A DNA stretch of 63,449 nucleotides, counting the filler, from Aduncisulcus paluster (lineage: Eukaryota): the NCBI GenBank assembly GCA_024181965.1. It is 11 parts of 11 records of this genome, joined end to end, with 100 filler letters (N's around TTAATTAATTAA, not from the genome) between each part and the next. Parts side by side here need not be neighbours in the genome. Positions count along the whole stretch, not along the records: positions 47,715 to 59,644 come from BQXS01012304.1; positions 59,745 to 63,449 come from BQXS01012305.1; 9 more parts are not named here. The stretch is one strand, 5' to 3'. Under the pieces are notes generated by a model. That model was not told the origin of the DNA. It ran no database searches and saw nothing but the letters and a program-made list of their open reading frames with translations. The position numbers and the translations under genes were made by a program. This document shows, piece after piece, positions 57,762 to 63,449 of the stretch; position 1 is the stretch's first letter, and each line of letters begins with the position of its first letter.

Positions 57762-58706
57762 TCACATCACACAGCACAAGACGGAACGCCTTTTGTGTTT
57801 CTTTTCCGGCTTTTCCTCTTCATCTACACCTGAATCAACGTCTCTAACCCCAACGATTGGTCCCTTGGCTCTCTCATGAAGCATTTTATCACCCAGATCC
57901 CCATGACCAGCAATAAGCCTTGCAAAACTCGATTTATCGATAGATAGAATTCGACAATCGGTCTGGGCTGTAATGGTAGCATTACGGACAGCATCTTCAT
58001 GCATCAGAGCTGCTTCTCCAAAGAACTCACGACTTTCAAGGAAGCAGAGCATCTCATCGCCCTCAGGAATATATTCCGATTTTGGCTCAGATTCTTTCTC
58101 TGATTCCTCTTCTTCTTCACCCATTTCAATTGTCTTGGGCCCTTTCTTGCGAGATACGACAACACGTCCAGTTTCAACAAAGTAAAAATTATTTCCTTTT
58201 TCTCCTTCCTTGATAATGACTTCTCCAGGGGCAAATACAAGTGGTTTGAGTGTGTCACATAAGTAATTCTGCTCCTCAAGTGACAATACACCCATGAAGG
58301 GAACAGAAGAGATAAACTCGTGGTACAATTCACGTTGACGCTTTTGACCTTGAATAAGGATGGCACGACACTCTTCGCCATCCCCTACCCAAAGTTCAAC
58401 GGGTCCTTTGGCACGAACGGTAGCAGCCCGAGCATCACCCATCAAAAGGGCAAGTTCACCAAATAATGTTGTTTCAGGGAGCGTAGCAACACATTCTGGC
58501 AAAGAGTCGTCATCTCTAGCTTTCCAAACATCACAAGATCCCTTCTTTATAATGTAAAACTTATGTCCTTTCTCACCTTGTGTTACAATATCCTCGCCAT
58601 CTTCAACTTCTTCTATTTTCATAAATTTAGCAAGTTCACGACGCATATCTTCCTCTAAATGTTGAAAAAGGAAGTTTCTTTTCAAAGAGTCGGAAATAAT
58701 TTTCAT
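57762..58706 (-). CDS. cAMP-dependent protein kinase regulatory subunit-like (2 cNMP domains), with C-terminal CaaX
   Basis: Phosphate-binding cassettes FGELALLMGDARAATV and FGEAALMHEDAVRNATI; ends KKHKRRSVLCCVM*. Confidence 0.88.
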   Translation of the reverse strand: MKIISDSLKRNFLFQHLEEDMRRELAKFMKIEEVEDGEDIVTQGEKGHKFYIIKKGSCDVWKARDDDSLPECVATLPETTLFGELALLMGDARAATVRAKGPVELWVGDGEECRAILIQGQKRQRELYHEFISSVPFMGVLSLEEQNYLCDTLKPLVFAPGEVIIKEGEKGNNFYFVETGRVVVSRKKGPKTIEMGEEEEESEKESEPKSEYIPEGDEMLCFLESREFFGEAALMHEDAVRNATITAQTDCRILSIDKSSFARLIAGHGDLGDKMLHERAKGPIVGVRDVDSGVDEEEKPEKKHKRRSVLCCVM

Positions 58707-58813
58707 ATCAGCCTCGGGTTTGAGAACTTCTTCAGCACCACTAGATGGTCGGAAGAGACTCCTAATATATTGGTCCTACGTTTTCTGGATTGAATGTGGA
58801 CAGGATCTTCCAT
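58703..58813 (-). CDS. 36-codon upstream ORF carrying a PKA inhibitor-like site; either the frameshifted N-terminus of PKA-R or a uORF
   Basis: MEDPVHIQSRKRRTNILGVSSDHLVVLKKFSNPRLI*; its TGA overlaps the ATG of the main ORF (ATGA, 58706-58703). Confidence 0.6.
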   Translation of the reverse strand: MEDPVHIQSRKRRTNILGVSSDHLVVLKKFSNPRLI

Positions 58814-59744
58814 TATTATTATTTCTTATGTTTCCAAAACGACACAAGGAATCGATTTTCACCATCAAGAAAGCAATCCTGAATTCAAATGACTCCTGTA
58901 AAATCTAAAATCACCAAAAGTAAATTTTAGTTTCCCGAACAAAAATAAAATTTATATTTTAAAATCATTGTAATTTCTCGAAAACAATTTCCTACTAAAA
59001 TTAGCAGCTATCAAGAAATATTACTGGATTCAGAAACGTTGTTTTATCTTTTCTGCCCATTTTACGTTCGATTATTCCATTTCCCTGTCGATTTCAGTCG
59101 ATTTCGACGATTTCTTGTTTATCTCTATTCTCGCCATTTATTCTTTCTTTACACCCATTAAACGCATTTCATCGTGTGGTTTATGCATATTTCATTGCGC
59201 CATTTGATTTGTCACTGCGGATTGCGGCCGTTTATGGGATGATCGATTTTATTCTCAGATCTATAAATACAGAGTGAAAAGCAATCAGCGCAGATCTCTC
59301 CAATTTCGTAACGACTGTATTCTTAGGATCAAATTCTTTAGGATATATAGTCTAAATTCTCGATTTTTACCAATCGAGCTACATGCTAATCTGGATGACG
59401 AACCGTACCACCTTGAGTTGAGTATGAAGCTTCAGGGATACTTGTAGGATATTTCTTGCAACTCCCTTTTGATGACTGTTCAATATTGGCTCTATGCCGT
59501 ATAATATTGAGTGCTCTTGGTGGATTCAGACAGATGTTTTATTGATTTAAGAAAAGTGTTTATGTTTTATGATTTTGCATTTCATTCATACACACAACAT
59601 CCCGCAAATATATTTTATGTCTTCTTTTCATATCTTTCTATATCNNNNNNNNNNNNNNNNNNNNNNNNNNNNNNNNNNNNNNNNNNNNTTAATTAATTAA
59701 NNNNNNNNNNNNNNNNNNNNNNNNNNNNNNNNNNNNNNNNNNNN

Positions 59745-59911
59745 GCGCCAAGCTTGAGTTTGTGAGTGACAAGAGTCAGGAAGGTGCTCAGTTCGTTCGT
59801 GGATTTGGTGGTATCGGTGGGTTATTGAGATGGGCTGTGGATATGATGGAGTTTGAGGCTGTTGGCGACGAGCCTTCATTCGACGACAGTGATCTCGATG
59901 GATTCATCTAA
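59745..59911 (+). CDS. ETF1: Eukaryotic release factor 1, C-terminal fragment (missed by the ORF track)
   Basis: AKLEFVSDKSQEGAQFVRGFGGIGGLLRW...DDSDLDGFI*. Confidence 0.93.
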
Positions 59912-60510
59912 GCTCATAATTTATATATTTACTGTTAATTTACTCCCTAAGGTTACCTTAACTGTGATAAGGTAAAATTTTGTTCTTGAGGGGTTCTTAT
60001 TATTCATATTACGAAATAACATTTCTTCTCTGTATTACATTTATGAATAAATCTAAATGCTCTCCATCTTAAATAAACACCTCCGCTATTTATCAAGTTA
60101 TTTGGGAAAACACGAATCGCTGCAGTATCGTTGTAATTCTGCATAAAATTGTTGAGCGAAAAACAAAAGTGTACATTCAATATGGAATAACTTCCCAATA
60201 TTTATAGAAACAGCCATAATATGCTTGTCATAATCAAAATATTTTTTCAACGCTATTTTTGACTCTATTGGATGCCTACTGGGAAATTTTCAACATCAAC
60301 GCATAAAAAATGTTGGATTCTTTCCCCATTATTCGGGATTGGATCAAGGAATATCTTCATCTATCCTAAGTTTCAAGAAAAACCGTCAAAAAGTAAATAT
60401 ATCAATATTTGAATAATTATTTTATTCCAACACACCATTATCTATCAGTTCTGCTCCTTAGATAATTTATATTTCGTTCTCATTAATCTCAGCACTTCAA
60501 CGCTGTCAAA

Positions 60511-61137
60511 ATGATGAATTGTTTGCAACATATTTTTATGAAACCTTTTGATCATTGTGTTTCATCATTATATTTATTGACCGACCGTTTTGGTCTCCAT
60601 AATTCGGCGACATCCTTAAAACAATCTGTTCCTTTCAATATGTATTCAAAAGAATTTCAATCATTTTCTATTGATAAATTTTTTACTCGAGAGTTGTATG
60701 TGCAACTTAAAGACACTTATAATCGTATTATTAGAGAAGAATCTATGTCTGTTCAATCCACAGCAAGTTCAACAATATCTCATCCTCCTTCTGGCGTTGC
60801 AATATCCAAACATGAACCAAAGACAAAGGAGTCATATATTATTGAAGAAAAAGCAAGCGAAACCACTTCAAAGCCCGATATCTCTCATCCTACTGAATTC
60901 GATAGAGAGCTCCCTAACACTCTCTCGTCGTCAAAAATCCTTCAAATGATGATGGAAAATGAGGAGGAGGAGGAGGAAGAGGACTGGCATCCAACAGATG
61001 AGTCGAGTGAAAATGAAGAAGAAGAAGAAGAGGAAGGCTCAGGAAAGACTGAAGAGAGTGAAGAAGATGAAACTTCTCATGAAAGTCAAGATTTATTGAA
61101 AGATAATGGAAAACGGAGATTCTCTGAGAAGGAATGA
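60511..61137 (+). CDS. Unknown protein with an acidic C-terminus; 5' end unresolved
   Basis: 208-codon ORF; a candidate acceptor CAG lies near 60491, but no convincing upstream exon was found. Confidence 0.5.
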   Translation: MMNCLQHIFMKPFDHCVSSLYLLTDRFGLHNSATSLKQSVPFNMYSKEFQSFSIDKFFTRELYVQLKDTYNRIIREESMSVQSTASSTISHPPSGVAISKHEPKTKESYIIEEKASETTSKPDISHPTEFDRELPNTLSSSKILQMMMENEEEEEEEDWHPTDESSENEEEEEEEGSGKTEESEEDETSHESQDLLKDNGKRRFSEKE

Positions 61138-62046
61138 TCCAATTATTCACACATAGCTGTCAGAAATTGGAATGGTTCGTACAATCGTAAGAAATGATTC
61201 ACTCAATAAAATAATTTATTTTTTGGTTCAATAAGAGACTTATGTTGTTGTCACATCTATAGAGACCCATCATGTCTCGCATGCACACACACACACAAAG
61301 TTTTACATTTTTCGCCGATTGTTGTTATTAATTTGCACTGAACATCATGTTTTGATCCTCTATTTTTGTGTAATTATACAAAAATATGGTCTAATCATCT
61401 CTGAATTATCGTTCTCTCGTGGATGCCTCGAATTCATANNNNNNNNNNNNNNNNNNNNAAAAGCAAGCGAAACCACTTCAAAGCCCGATATCTCTCATCC
61501 TACTGAATTCGATAGAGAGCTCCCTAACACTCTCTCGTCGTCAAAAATCCTTCAAATGATGATGGAAAATGAGGAGGAGGAGGAGGAAGAGGACTGGCAT
61601 CCAACAGATGAGTCGAGGGAAAATGAAGAAGAAGAAGAAGAGGAAGGCTCAGGAAAGACTGAAGAGAGTGAAGAAGATGAAACTTCTCATGAAAGTCAAG
61701 ATTTATTGAAAGATAATGGAAAACGGAGATTCTCTGAGAAGGAATGATCCAATTATTCACACATAGCTGTCAGAAATTGGAATGGTTCGTACAATCGTAA
61801 GAAATGATTCACTCAATAAAATAATTTATTTTTTGGTTCAATAAGAGACTTAGGTTGTTGTCACATCTATAGAGACCCATCATGTCTCGCATGCACACAC
61901 ACACAAAGTTTTACATTTTTCGCCGATTGTTGTTATTAATTTGCACTGAACATCATGTTTTGATCCTCTATTTTTGTGTAATTATACAAAAATATGGTCT
62001 AATCATCTCTGAATTATCGTTCTCTCGTGGATGCCTCGAATTCATA
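60849..62046. repeat. Duplication (60849-61438 / 61459-62046) around a 20-N gap, with small differences
   Basis: T61008/G61618, T61243/G61853 and a CA repeat one unit shorter in the right copy. Confidence 0.9.
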
Positions 62047-62213
62047 TCAGATGATGGATATGTATAATTAACAAGAAGATTAATTTAAAAATAAAATATC
62101 ATGACTTGCTCACAGATTGATATTGGAATATTACCGACTTACAAGCATATCAATGAACAGGGTGATGTCTGTGTTTTTTTATTTCAACCGATACGCTTTT
62201 TGTCCACATTACA

Positions 62214-62780
62214 ATGTCCCTTGCTGCTGTCCGTGTTCAAACTGAACTCCGTAGAATAGCTAGGAGGCCCGATGAGAATATTATTATTAAAACATCTTCC
62301 GGAGATTTGAAGTGTTTTAAAGCCTGGATTAAGGGAGCCAAAGATACAGTATATGAAGGAGGTCAGTGGGAATTAGAAATATTGGTGCCAAGTGTATGAA
62401 AAAAAAATTATTTTATTGTTTTATTTGCCTTTTACCGAATCAATCCTTACATTTTGTTTTTTTTCGCTCTTATGATATTTTAGGACTATCCACATGTTGC
62501 CTTAAAGGTCAAATTTCTTACAAAAATATTCCATCCTAACATCAATTATAAAACTGGAGAGATTTGTCTCGATATTCTGAAAGAAAAGGATGCATGGACT
62601 CCTGCTTGGGGAATTGCCTCCGTGTGTCGAGCCATTCTTTTACTCCTTGATCACCCAGATGCTACCAGTCCTCTTAATTGTGATGCTGGAAATATGGTGA
62701 GAGCTGGAGATATTAGAGCTTATAGAACTATGGCATCCATGTATGTGAAGAAGCATGCTTTGAAGGGCCCTTTCAAATAA
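62214..62780 (+). CDS. PEX4: Peroxin-4-type ubiquitin-conjugating E2; exons 62214-62393 and 62484-62780
   Basis: Spliced 158-aa E2: KIFHPNINYKTGEICLDILKEKDAWTPAWGIASVCRAI..HPDATSPLNCDAGNMVRAGDIRAY..MASMY; 90-nt GTATGA..TAG intron at 62394-62483. Confidence 0.8.
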
Positions 62781-62898
62781 TAAATTTACCGTGTCATTGT
62801 TTCTAATATCCATTTTTTTATTTATCCATGCTATTATTTCTTGTGAGTTGCCAACTTCAGTGAAGCCCACAAGAAAGATGCTTTCTGGAGTGCAATGA

Positions 62899-63449
62899 AT
62901 GATCCATACTCTTCAAAAGTTTTTCCACACAGTTCTTCCGTGGAAAGTAGTGACCGGAATACCTGAAGATACATGTGGGCTTCCTACATCTTCTATTTAT
63001 ATTTGTAGTTCCATTAGTTCGGAATCTGAACTTATTAAACATATTGAACAGATGAAAATAAGTTTCCATGATTATAAAGAGCGTGATGAATTAGATGGTA
63101 TATCATGGATCGAAGATAATGATGATTTTCATGATAGATGTCCCTATGGCAGAGCATTGTCCTTAGCTTTAGCCAAATTGATAGGAAAATTCAATGTTTT
63201 AACGGAAGGATTAGATTATATGAAACAAAAGGAATTGATTGAACGTCTTGTCGTGCCATGTCCGTATTGTATGTGTGGTTGTCCTCTGTGTTCTCAAAGT
63301 TCTTCTTCACAATGTTCTATTTCTACAACAATATCTACTCGCTATAAAGCTGTAAATCTATCCAATTCATCGAGTGCTTCTTGTTCATTTTTTTCCTTTG
63401 CATCTCAATCAAGTTCCTCTGTCCCTTCCTTGCTTCCTCTCCATCCATG
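62899..63449 (+). CDS. N-terminal part of an unknown protein with a Cys cluster (runs off the right edge)
   Basis: ATG at 62899, stop-free to the window end; contains CPYCMCGCPLC. Confidence 0.6.
   Translation, partial: MIHTLQKFFHTVLPWKVVTGIPEDTCGLPTSSIYICSSISSESELIKHIEQMKISFHDYKERDELDGISWIEDNDDFHDRCPYGRALSLALAKLIGKFNVLTEGLDYMKQKELIERLVVPCPYCMCGCPLCSQSSSSQCSISTTISTRYKAVNLSNSSSASCSFFSFASQSSSSVPSLLPLHP

Noticed and set aside
59745..59911. Non-standard genetic code (as in hexamitid diplomonads)
   Set aside because: TAA, TAG and TGA all end genes here (calmodulin TAA, HDDC2 TAG, Skp1-like TGA), and the eRF1 N-domain is not in the window.

Overview
This is not one locus. It is 11 assembly pieces joined by ten artificial 100-bp linkers (N44-TTAATTAATTAA-N44), and four 20-N gaps inside pieces are flanked by duplicated sequence. 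Ten pieces look like a compact, intron-poor eukaryotic genome with the standard code and single 5'-proximal GTATG(T/A)...AG introns of 72-117 nt. By inference the host is an anaerobic protist with a hydrogenosome-like organelle, possibly a free-living fornicate such as Aduncisulcus; this is not verified. One piece (10723-11872) is bacterial: Campylobacterota/Arcobacter-like argD plus an overlapping exported-protein gene. Recognisable genes include a Sec7 ARF-GEF, HDDC2, calmodulin, a TMX3-like PDI, a calpain-like protease, HOP2, Skp1-like, succinyl-CoA synthetase alpha, UBC9, SPFH, TPR, a PKA regulatory subunit, eRF1, PEX4, SEC12 and a TYW1 pseudogene. Most interesting: (1) a Rab-Rab-kinase fusion next to a multi-pass membrane pseudokinase of the same family; (2) a PKA-R with a C-terminal CaaX box whose inhibitor-like peptide lies in a separate 36-codon ORF overlapping the main ATG (ATGA); (3) a PEX4 hidden by an intron; (4) a zinc-finger plus 87-bp-repeat ORF near a satellite array, possibly the 5' end of a site-specific non-LTR element; (5) a four-fold SnoaL-like protein and a calpain with possible extracytosolic topology. 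All family calls come from motif recognition by eye; no database searches were run.
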